NCBI GenBank assembly: GCA_021785695.1
Contig: JAJYEQ010000004.1
Coordinates: forward strand, 11,840 to 75,839
Origin: Actinomycetes bacterium
Lineage (GTDB): Bacteria; Actinomycetota; Acidimicrobiia; Acidimicrobiales; RAAP-2
Reading direction: 5' to 3'
Length of the DNA stretch: 64,000 bases
Shown here: in pieces, positions 39,113-46,433 of the stretch
Numbering within the stretch: position 1 is the stretch's first letter
How the letters are laid out: each line of letters opens with the position of its first letter
Notes under the pieces: model-generated
Told to the model about the DNA's origin: nothing
Database searches by the model: none
What the model saw: only the letters and a program-made list of their open reading frames with translations
Position numbers and translations under genes: made by a program

Positions 39113-39751
39113 ATGAGTGCCCTCTCGACGCGGCGTGCACCCGACGGCAACGTGGTGATAGGTGAGCGCACGGTGCGGATCGGCGTCGAGCGACGCGGCG
39201 CGGGGACGCGAGGCGATGCTGGCAGTTCGCTCATCTTCGCCCTGGCGTTCCTTTTGCTCGGCTCGTTGATTGTCACGACGCTGGCGGGATGGGCGAGCAG
39301 CGATCTGGGCAGCAGCGCCCACTTCCAGGTGGGGCGCAGCCTGACCTACAGCGCCGACGGGGCGGTCAGCGTAGCGATCAACGAGACGCGCTACTGGTAC
39401 CCCTCGAATGTAGGGACCAACGGCGCGTGGTCGGGCCCGTGTCCCAATGTTTCGGCTGTCGACTTTGGACAGACGACGATGCCCCCGGATGCACCGGCCT
39501 ACGAGCCGCCCATCTCCATCGACACCTGGTGCACGTTGCAGGTCGGTGGTGTGTTCAGCCGCCTGGTGACCGTTCAGGCCTACGACGTCAGCTCCGGTGG
39601 ATCGATACTGCCCAATGGGCCGACAAGCTCCTCGGTACCACTGGCCTCGGCGACGGTCGGGTATATCGACAGCCTGTCAAACCCTCCCGGAAGTTGCAGC
39701 ACTTCCACGTGTGATTTTTCGATGACGATCTTGACGTGGAGTGTGAAGTAG
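39113..39751 (+). CDS. membrane-anchored pilus-associated protein (PilX/GspK-like minor pilin lacking Glu+5)
   Basis: A basic N-terminus, then G|SSLIFALAFLLLGSLIVTTLAGW and a globular part with 4 Cys. The ATG at 39113 follows AGGGGTG. Assigned by position and N-terminal architecture only. Confidence 0.55.
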   Translation: MSALSTRRAPDGNVVIGERTVRIGVERRGAGTRGDAGSSLIFALAFLLLGSLIVTTLAGWASSDLGSSAHFQVGRSLTYSADGAVSVAINETRYWYPSNVGTNGAWSGPCPNVSAVDFGQTTMPPDAPAYEPPISIDTWCTLQVGGVFSRLVTVQAYDVSSGGSILPNGPTSSSVPLASATVGYIDSLSNPPGSCSTSTCDFSMTILTWSVK

Positions 39752-39859
39752 GGAGATACGACGTCTCGTACCCGCACCCGCCGGCACTACGCCACGGGCC
39801 CGCGACCGGGGATTGGGGCGCCCGCGGTGCAGCGTTGGGGATTCTCAGGGCTCTTCTAA

Positions 39860-39884
39860 ATTGTGCTGCGATTGTGTTGTGATT
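39860..39884 (+). promoter_or_regulatory. ATTGTG/TTGTG direct repeats upstream of pilA (candidate regulator or promoter element)
   Basis: ATTGTG at 39860 and 39871 (11-bp phasing) and TTGTGA at 39877. They lie in the AT-richest part of the 230-bp intergenic region preceding the major pilin gene. Confidence 0.25.
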
Positions 39885-39981
39885 CTTGCCAAACGCTCGG
39901 GCGCGTGATAGACAGGACCACGGAATTCGTGCGTGGCGAATATCCGTTTTGTTGGCTCCGGCTACTGAAAGGCAGGACGTA

Positions 39982-40545
39982 ATGATTTCTACCCTCCGGC
40001 GATTGCAGGAGCGCCGATCAAGCGGCGAGGGTGAGGGTGGATTCACCCTTATCGAGTTGCTGATCGTCATCGTGATCCTGGGTATTCTGGCCGCCATTGT
40101 GGTGTTTGCATTGGGCGGTGTGACCGGGAAGAGCTCGGTCGCGGCATGCCAGACCGACGCAAGCACCGTGAACACCGCGGTCGCCGCTCTCGAGGCCTCC
40201 AACCCACAATTGGGTGCTACTGGGGTAGATTCCCTAGCCGCCTGGAGCTCGGACATCATGGGGTCGAACAACGTGGACGCGGGCTTCACGATTAACGGTG
40301 GTCCCTTCCTACAGACCTGGCCGACCGGGAACGCAGCGACGTATTTGGTCGGGATTGCCTCCGATTCCACGGGGGCGGTGCTGGCACCGGGGGGTGCGAC
40401 AATCACAACGATCTCCGGCGGCAGCGCCCAGACGCCCCAAGCGGGCGACGTTGTGGTCGCCAAGACTACCTCCAGTCCGACGTGGTACGACGCGACGCTG
40501 AATCCCTCCGGAACCTATGGGGCGTGCTTTACGGCACTTGGGTAG
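39982..40545 (+). CDS. pilA: major type IV pilin (PilA-like)
   Basis: A 20-aa leader ending GEGEGG, then FTLIELLIVIVILGILAAIVVFAL (the canonical N-methyl-Phe / Glu+5 helix). 187 aa with two Cys (a D-region-type disulfide is possible). It has its own long upstream intergenic region. Confidence 0.9.
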   Translation: MISTLRRLQERRSSGEGEGGFTLIELLIVIVILGILAAIVVFALGGVTGKSSVAACQTDASTVNTAVAALEASNPQLGATGVDSLAAWSSDIMGSNNVDAGFTINGGPFLQTWPTGNAATYLVGIASDSTGAVLAPGGATITTISGGSAQTPQAGDVVVAKTTSSPTWYDATLNPSGTYGACFTALG

Positions 40546-40599
40546 CTGGGGACAAGACTCGTCGGATCTCGCTCAGAACGTGTGAGGGATGCGACGCGC

Positions 40600-40671
40600 A
40601 AGGACCGTTTCGACTGTCCTTCGGGGAAGAGGTGGGCGTGCTGCTCGACGAGCGGCGCTCACCTCTTCCCC
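40600..40671 (+). terminator. two consecutive stem-loops downstream of pilA (candidate intrinsic terminator or attenuator without a U-tract)
   Basis: AAGGAC(N10)GTCCTT at 40600-40621. GGGGAAGAGGTG(N25)CACCTCTTCCCC at 40623-40671 is a perfect 12-bp stem. They sit between pilA and pilT. Confidence 0.45.
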
Positions 40672-40700
40672 GTTGGCAGAGCGTGACGACGAGAGGTCAC

Positions 40701-41804
40701 ATGATGGCACCTGACGTAGATGTGAGTGGAGTTGACCAGTGGATCCAGATCCTCTGGGAGAACCAGGGCTCGGACCTGCTGCTCGCCGGGGGATCGGCGC
40801 CGCGGATCCGCGTCAACGGGCGCCTGATACCCGTGGAGGGTGCTCCGGTTCTCGCTGCCGGCGACGTCAGCAAACTGGCCTTCCCCCTCCTCACCAAGGG
40901 GCAGCAGAAGACATTTGACGAGATGATGGACGTGGACTTCGCGTTCTCGTGGCGCGACCTAGCGCGCGTGCGCGGCAGCATCTTCACCCAGCGCGGGCAG
41001 ACCGCCATATCCCTGCGCATCATCCCGACGAAGATTCCGAGCTTCGAGCAGTTGGGGCTCCCCTGGGTGGCCGAGTGGGTCTCCACCCAGCCCCGTGGAT
41101 TCGTTCTGGTGACCGGGCCGACGGGCTCGGGCAAGTCGACCACGTTGGCCTCGATCATCGATCGAATTAACGACACGCGCGCGACCCACATCCTCACCAT
41201 CGAGGACCCGGTCGAGTACGTGCACCACCACAAGGTCTCCGCGGTGAGCCAGCGCGAGATCGGACTGGACAGCCCGTCCTTCGAGCGGGCTCTGCGCTCC
41301 GCCCTGCGCGAGGACCCCGACATCTTGCTGCTCGGCGAGATGCGCGACATCGACTCGATCCAGATGGCCCTCACCATGGCAGAGACCGGCCACCTGGTCT
41401 TCGCGACGCTGCACACCAACGACGCACCCCAGGCGATCGATCGCATCATCGACGTGTTCCCCGCTTGGCGCCAGGAGCAGACGCGCGTGCAGCTGGCCGC
41501 CTCGCTGACCGCGATCATCGCCCAGCGCCTGGTGCCCAAGAACGACGGCGGCATGGTGGCCGCCTTCGAGGTGCTGGTGGCCACCAGTCCGGTGCGCAAC
41601 CTCATCCGGGAGGGACGCTCCAACCAGCTCATCAATGTGATGTTCACCAACGCCAAGGAAGGCATGCAGGTGATGGAGGCCGACCTGGCCAAGCTGGTGG
41701 TGGACGGGACGATATCGTACGAGAGTGCGGTCGCCACCAGCGCTCACCAGAAGGAGCTCACCCGCTCCCTGGAGTTCTTGGGGTTCAAGATCCCCAAGGA
41801 GTGA
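40701..41804 (+). CDS. pilT: type IV pilus retraction ATPase PilT
   Basis: 367 aa from the ATG at 40701 (RBS GAGAGG). Walker A GPTGSGKSTTL, ILLLGEMRD, GHLVFATLHTN and a PilT-type N-terminus (LLLAGGSAPRIRVNG). No MshEN or Zn-finger, consistent with PilT rather than PilB. Confidence 0.9.
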   Translation: MMAPDVDVSGVDQWIQILWENQGSDLLLAGGSAPRIRVNGRLIPVEGAPVLAAGDVSKLAFPLLTKGQQKTFDEMMDVDFAFSWRDLARVRGSIFTQRGQTAISLRIIPTKIPSFEQLGLPWVAEWVSTQPRGFVLVTGPTGSGKSTTLASIIDRINDTRATHILTIEDPVEYVHHHKVSAVSQREIGLDSPSFERALRSALREDPDILLLGEMRDIDSIQMALTMAETGHLVFATLHTNDAPQAIDRIIDVFPAWRQEQTRVQLAASLTAIIAQRLVPKNDGGMVAAFEVLVATSPVRNLIREGRSNQLINVMFTNAKEGMQVMEADLAKLVVDGTISYESAVATSAHQKELTRSLEFLGFKIPKE

Positions 41805-41810
41805 GGCGCC

Positions 41811-42515
41811 GTGACCCTGCATCGGGGTCCCGACCTGCCCTACGTCCTGGTGGCCGGCGTGGTGCCGGTGGCGCGTGGCTGGCTCGTGGCGTCGGCCAAG
41901 ATGCACGCGGCCACCTTCTCCCCGGAGTCCCCGAAGGTCTACGAGTCCATCGTCGAGGTGCTGAACGAGCGGCCCTCCTTCGCCACCATCGTGATCTACG
42001 CCCCGATCGGGTACCGCGATGACCTGTCATCGCCGCGACGTACGTGCGACGTCGAGGCCCGGACGCTGCTCGGGAACCGGGCACTGACCCTGACGGCAGC
42101 GCCCACGCGTTGGCACTTGCAGCCGTCCCAGTGGCACGCCGACGGGCTCGACGCGGTCACCATCGTGCGCCTCAATCACTATCGCGAGCTGTTCGTCGAG
42201 CTGCTGCCGTTTCGCCAGCGCACTGTGTACTCGGGGCATCCCGAGCTGAGCTTCTACCAACTGAACGGTGACGTCCCCCTGCGCTGGTCCAAGCGCCGTG
42301 AGGAGGGACGCGAGGAGCGCCGGGCGTTGCTGACGCGCCGCGTACCGGGCATCACCGCGGTGATCGACGCCGCGACCGCAGTGCCGGAAAAGCACCTCTA
42401 CGACGCAGCAGCGCTGCTGTGGACGGCCCGCCGCGTCAACGGGCGCGCGGCGACCCGGCTGCCGGCCGAGGGCGAGTGGGATAGCGACGGGCTGCGCACC
42501 GAGTTCGTGTACTGA
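41811..42515 (+). CDS. DUF429-like protein (predicted RNase H-fold nuclease family), possibly degenerate
   Basis: 234 aa. The N-terminal YVLVAGVVPVARGWLVAS resembles the VLG(V/I)DG.R.GWV start I recall for DUF429, but without the Asp. It begins 7 nt after the pilT stop. Confidence 0.5.
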   Translation: MTLHRGPDLPYVLVAGVVPVARGWLVASAKMHAATFSPESPKVYESIVEVLNERPSFATIVIYAPIGYRDDLSSPRRTCDVEARTLLGNRALTLTAAPTRWHLQPSQWHADGLDAVTIVRLNHYRELFVELLPFRQRTVYSGHPELSFYQLNGDVPLRWSKRREEGREERRALLTRRVPGITAVIDAATAVPEKHLYDAAALLWTARRVNGRAATRLPAEGEWDSDGLRTEFVY

Positions 42516-42516
42516 G

Positions 42517-43305
42517 CTATCCCAGCAGGGTGCGCAAGGCCGGCCAGGGGCTGAGGATCTGGGGGGTGAACAGGATCGCGACACCGGCCCCGATCGCCAG
42601 GAACACGCCGTAGGGGATGGGCTGGCGTCGCTGGAGACGGTGCGCGGCGAGCAGCGAGACGCCCACGATCGACCCCACCAGGTTGGCCACGAAGAAGCCG
42701 ACCACCACCGCGCTGACACTCAGCCAGCCGAGGGCGAATCCGAGCAGCGGTGCCAGCCGTACGTCTCCTGCACCCAGGGCCCGCGGGCTCACGACGTGGA
42801 TGGTGCCAAAGAGCGTGAGCCACGCGAGCGCGCAGAGAGCTCCGACCACGCTGTGGTGCCACTGATCGAGCAGGGCGGAGGATCCGAGCAGCAGGGCAAT
42901 CACGAGCACGCTGGCTGGATACACGATGCGCGAGGGCAGCCGCAAGTGCTCGACGTCGATGATGGCGAGTGCCAGGAGACTGGCCGCGCACACCAGGAAC
43001 GCCGCCAGCTGCGGGTGCGGGCCGATGCGCCACGCGACCAGCCCGAAGCTCAGCGCCGTTCCTGACTCGACGAGCGGGTAGCGCACCGAGATGGGGGCTC
43101 GGCACGAGCGGCACCGTCCACGCAGCACCAACCACGAGATGACGGGGACGTTGTCGCGGACCGCGATCGGCGTGTGACACGCGGGGCACGCCGATCGCGG
43201 CGCGACCACGGAGAGCCCTTGGGGGACCCGGTAGATGACGACGTTGAGGAACGATCCAACGATGAGGCCGGCGATCGCGCTCCAGATCACCAGCGCCGCG
43301 GTCAC
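42517..43305 (-). CDS. pilD: prepilin peptidase / N-methyltransferase PilD (peptidase A24)
   Basis: N-terminal GSFLNVVIYR, CPAC...CRSC zinc-knuckle, a polytopic membrane domain with GAGDVRL and a second Asp region. 262 aa. Confidence 0.9.
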   Translation of the reverse strand: MTAALVIWSAIAGLIVGSFLNVVIYRVPQGLSVVAPRSACPACHTPIAVRDNVPVISWLVLRGRCRSCRAPISVRYPLVESGTALSFGLVAWRIGPHPQLAAFLVCAASLLALAIIDVEHLRLPSRIVYPASVLVIALLLGSSALLDQWHHSVVGALCALAWLTLFGTIHVVSPRALGAGDVRLAPLLGFALGWLSVSAVVVGFFVANLVGSIVGVSLLAAHRLQRRQPIPYGVFLAIGAGVAILFTPQILSPWPALRTLLG

Positions 43306-43345
43306 GCCTGCACACTACTGAGTGCGTCTCGTGGTGGTGCGATGG

Positions 43346-43357
43346 CGTCACGTGACG
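43346..43357. promoter_or_regulatory. perfect 12-bp palindrome CGTCACGTGACG in the divergent pilD / E1-like gene intergenic region
   Basis: Read directly in the sequence. An extra CGTCAC half-site lies at 43430-43435. Confidence 0.25.
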
Positions 43358-43461
43358 GGCCCCGACCATGCACCGCTCCCTCCAGCACGATCGGTAGCCT
43401 GAATGTGGCGCCAAGCCGTGCGCCCGGTCCGTCACGAGCGAGGTGTTCGGAAAGGAGATCA

Positions 43462-46344
43462 GTGGCGCTTCGCTATCGATACGGAGCGAGTTTCATCGAC
43501 GAGGCCTCGGGGGTGCGCTTCGAGGGACATCACCCGCTCGAACGACCGGACCTGTGGCGCCGCTACCTCGACGATGCCGAGGGCAAGTACCGCAGCTACG
43601 GTTTCGAGAGCACCTTGCGGCGCCGCGATCTCGAAGAGGGTCGTGGCGTCCCTCTGTTCTTTGTGGGCTTCGCTCCCGACGGTGAGCCGGTCGCGGGCCT
43701 GCGATTTCACGGGCCACTCGAGAACCGCTGGGGTGCCGCGCTCATGGAGGAGTTGGCCTCTCTCCCCGAGATCGACGAGATCGGTGACTTGATCGACCGT
43801 GAGGCCCGCCTGGGCGTCATCGAGGCCAAGGGCGGATGGGCCAGGGGCGCCTCAGTCCTCGGCGTGCGGATGGTCGCGACGATCTCGCGGATGATGACGC
43901 ACGCGGCGACGTGGCTCGGCGCGGAGCGCACCATCGCCGCCGTCTCCGACCAGCTGATTCCCGTCGGCAAGGTGGCCGGGGGCGAGGTCCTGAGCCGCAA
44001 CTGGGTGCCCTTCCCCGACGAGCGCTATCGCACCTACGCCGTCACCTGGCAGCGCGGACGCACCTACGACCTGGCCGACGACGAGAACCGTCGGGCTCTG
44101 CGGCGCGAGGCCGAGCAGCTAGCTCGAGGTCCGCGCCAGACCGGTCCCGCATCACTGGACGCGGAGTCTCCGCGCACCCAGTCATTTCGCCCCCTGGTGC
44201 TCGACGTCGCCACGCGCAGCGACCGCGAGGTCCTGCGCATCTTGCGCGAGGATCCGGCCCTGCAGGCGATTGACCGTCTGGCCGAGCAGCAGGCCCAGGT
44301 GGCCGAGCTCAAGCCCACCCCCTCAGACAAGGAGCTCGACGAGCCGGCGCGCTGGGTCTACTACCCGTGGCGGCGCGCGGTCGTGCGCCTGCTCGGTCCT
44401 CGCGCGTTCAGCCGGGTGCGCCTGGACCGGAATCGGCCCAAGCTCACCGCCGAGGAGCAGCATCACCTGCGGGGCCTGCGCGTCGGCATCGTCGGCGCGA
44501 GCGCCGGGCACTCGGTCGCCCACGTCATCGCCCTGGAGGGACTGGCCGGCGAGCTGCGTCTCGCCGACCTCGACACGGTGGCCCTGACCAACCTCAACCG
44601 CTTGCCGGTCAGCGTGCTGGACCTCGGGATCAACAAGGCGATCGTCGCGGCTCGCCGGATCGGCGAGATCGACCCCTACGTGTCCCTAATGGTGCTGAGC
44701 GAGGGCCTGACGCACGAGAACCTCGACCAGTTCCTCGACGGTCTCGACGTGGTCATCGAGGAGTGCGACTCGCTGGACATGAAGTACCTGGTGCGCGAGG
44801 CGGCCCGGGCCCGCCGGATCCCGGTCCTCATGGAGACCAGCGACCGCGGGGTGCTCGATGTGGAGCGCTTCGACCTCGAGCCCGACCGGCCGCTCTTCCA
44901 CGGGCTCCTCGGCGACATGACCGCCGAGCGCCTGGCCAGCCTGACGCTGTTCGAGAAGGGGCCCTACCTGCTGCGTCTCCTGGGCACGGCCGAGGTGTCG
45001 GCGCGCGGCGCCGTGACCTTCTTCGAGCTGGGCGCCACGATCACCGGATGGCCCCAGCTGGCCAGCGAGGTGACGCTGGGTGCCGCCTCGGTGGCCACCG
45101 CTCTGCGCCACCTCGCCCTGGGCGCCGATCTGCCCTCGGGCCGGGTCCGCATCGACCTGGACGAGGCCCTCGGCGGGATCGCACCCGTCGACTTGGAGAT
45201 CGACTCCGACATTGACCTCGACGCCGCGCAACCGGAGGACCCCGTGCCCGTCGACGCCGACGACATCACGCTGATCGTCGATGCCGCTCGACGCGCGCCG
45301 TCGGGGGGAAACGTCCAGCCCTGGCGCTTCGAGGCCGACGACGACGAGGTGCGCTTCTTCGTGGTCGCCGACCACTCCGCCGCGATGGACGTCGCGCACC
45401 GGGGCACCTACGTGGCCCTGGGCGCGGCGGTGCTGAACGCGCGTACCGCTGCTGCGGCGACCGAGCGCCTGGGTGAGGTTCAGCTCTTCCCCCAGGGGGT
45501 CGCCAGCTCGCACGTGGCCACGCTGCACCTGGGTCGCGGCGCGGACTCCCAGCTCGCCGCGCTCTATCCCGCCGTGCCGCGCCGGATGACGAACCGCCAG
45601 GCCGGGGACCCCGAGGCCACGTTGAGCAGTGAGGATGTGGAGTCTCTCCAGCGGGCCGCCAGCGCCGAGGGCGCGCGGCTGCGCCTGCTGCGCTCACCCA
45701 CCGAGCTGGGCGCCGCGGGTGACATCCTGGGTCGCTGCGACCGCCTGCGCTTCCTCATCCCGTCCGTGCACGCCCAGATGCTCGGTGAGATCCGCCTGCC
45801 GGGACGTGACGCGCTCGACGAGGGCCTCGATGTGCGGACCCTGGAGATGGACCCGACGAGCGTGGCCGCCCTGGGGCTGCTCGGGCGCCCCGAGGTCATG
45901 GCGCACCTGGCCGAGTGGCGGGCGGGTCGGATGCTCGGCCTGCGCACCCAACTCTTGGTCTCGACGTCGTCGGCCCTGGCGGCGATCACGGTGCCACGCG
46001 TCGAGCCCCTGTGGTACATGCGCGCGGGGGCGGCGACCGAGCGCCTCTGGCTGACGGCGACGGTGGCTGGCCTGGCCGTGCAGCCGGTGGTCCCCGTCTT
46101 CCTCTACGCGACCAACGACTTCGAGCGACGCGAGCTCGGCGGCGAGCGCTATCTCGACGAGATGTACGATCTGGCCACACGCTTCAACGATCTGTTCGAT
46201 CTGGATCCCGGAGAGACGATCGCGATGGTGTTGCGGGTGTCGGTCGCGACGCCCGCCAGCGCGCACAGCATTCGTCGACGGCTCGACGACGTCTGGGTGC
46301 GCACAACAGCGCACGACAATGACGAGTCCGTTGTCGAAATGTAG
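43462..46344 (+). CDS. 960-aa multidomain protein: unknown N-terminal domain + ThiF/E1-like adenylyltransferase + tandem nitroreductase-like domain (Rv1355c/MoeY-like core)
   Basis: The GTG at 43462 follows AAAGGAGA. ARWVYYPWRRAVVRLLGPRAFSRVRLDRNR, then the Rossmann motif VGIVGASAGHSV and LADLD.V..TNLNR (E1-like). Later RRAPSGGNVQPWRF (nitroreductase/Acg-like). The first 200 aa or so are not assignable. Confidence 0.8.
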   Translation: MALRYRYGASFIDEASGVRFEGHHPLERPDLWRRYLDDAEGKYRSYGFESTLRRRDLEEGRGVPLFFVGFAPDGEPVAGLRFHGPLENRWGAALMEELASLPEIDEIGDLIDREARLGVIEAKGGWARGASVLGVRMVATISRMMTHAATWLGAERTIAAVSDQLIPVGKVAGGEVLSRNWVPFPDERYRTYAVTWQRGRTYDLADDENRRALRREAEQLARGPRQTGPASLDAESPRTQSFRPLVLDVATRSDREVLRILREDPALQAIDRLAEQQAQVAELKPTPSDKELDEPARWVYYPWRRAVVRLLGPRAFSRVRLDRNRPKLTAEEQHHLRGLRVGIVGASAGHSVAHVIALEGLAGELRLADLDTVALTNLNRLPVSVLDLGINKAIVAARRIGEIDPYVSLMVLSEGLTHENLDQFLDGLDVVIEECDSLDMKYLVREAARARRIPVLMETSDRGVLDVERFDLEPDRPLFHGLLGDMTAERLASLTLFEKGPYLLRLLGTAEVSARGAVTFFELGATITGWPQLASEVTLGAASVATALRHLALGADLPSGRVRIDLDEALGGIAPVDLEIDSDIDLDAAQPEDPVPVDADDITLIVDAARRAPSGGNVQPWRFEADDDEVRFFVVADHSAAMDVAHRGTYVALGAAVLNARTAAAATERLGEVQLFPQGVASSHVATLHLGRGADSQLAALYPAVPRRMTNRQAGDPEATLSSEDVESLQRAASAEGARLRLLRSPTELGAAGDILGRCDRLRFLIPSVHAQMLGEIRLPGRDALDEGLDVRTLEMDPTSVAALGLLGRPEVMAHLAEWRAGRMLGLRTQLLVSTSSALAAITVPRVEPLWYMRAGAATERLWLTATVAGLAVQPVVPVFLYATNDFERRELGGERYLDEMYDLATRFNDLFDLDPGETIAMVLRVSVATPASAHSIRRRLDDVWVRTTAHDNDESVVEM

Positions 46345-46356
46345 CGAAACGATATC

Positions 46357-46386
46357 TTGCCGAATTTTCCTATTTGGCCCTACGAT
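46357..46386 (+). promoter_or_regulatory. candidate sigma-70-type promoter for the c-di-GMP operon
   Basis: TTGCCG (46357-46362), an 18-nt spacer, then TACGAT (46381-46386), in an AT-rich 89-bp intergenic region. Confidence 0.25.
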
Positions 46387-46433
46387 GGCGGGACAGAACG
46401 GCGTTGAGTCGCCGGCGCGAAAGGCCTGTCCTG

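Noticed and set aside
39752-39981. A possible c-di-GMP riboswitch (GEMM) or other riboswitch in the pilA leader, and likewise in the 46345-46433 and 33607-33753 leaders.
   Set aside because: I could not recognise the conserved GEMM-I/II core sequences or a convincing multi-stem architecture by eye. A covariance-model scan (Rfam/Infernal) would be needed to exclude it formally.
40482-40700. N-terminal extensions proposed by the ORF track for pilT. The same applies to 43174-43461 (E1-like gene), 35289-35606 (pilC), 10698-11573 (ppa), 15263-15703 (E2), 29762-30133 (methyltransferase), 33187-33651 (GNAT), 58153-58560 (RidA-hydrolase) and 58650-58826 (acyl-CoA synthetase).
   Set aside because: The extensions overlap neighbouring genes, hairpins or intergenic regions and have an R/P/G-rich nonsense composition. 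Family-typical N-termini with Shine-Dalgarno sequences occur at the downstream starts.
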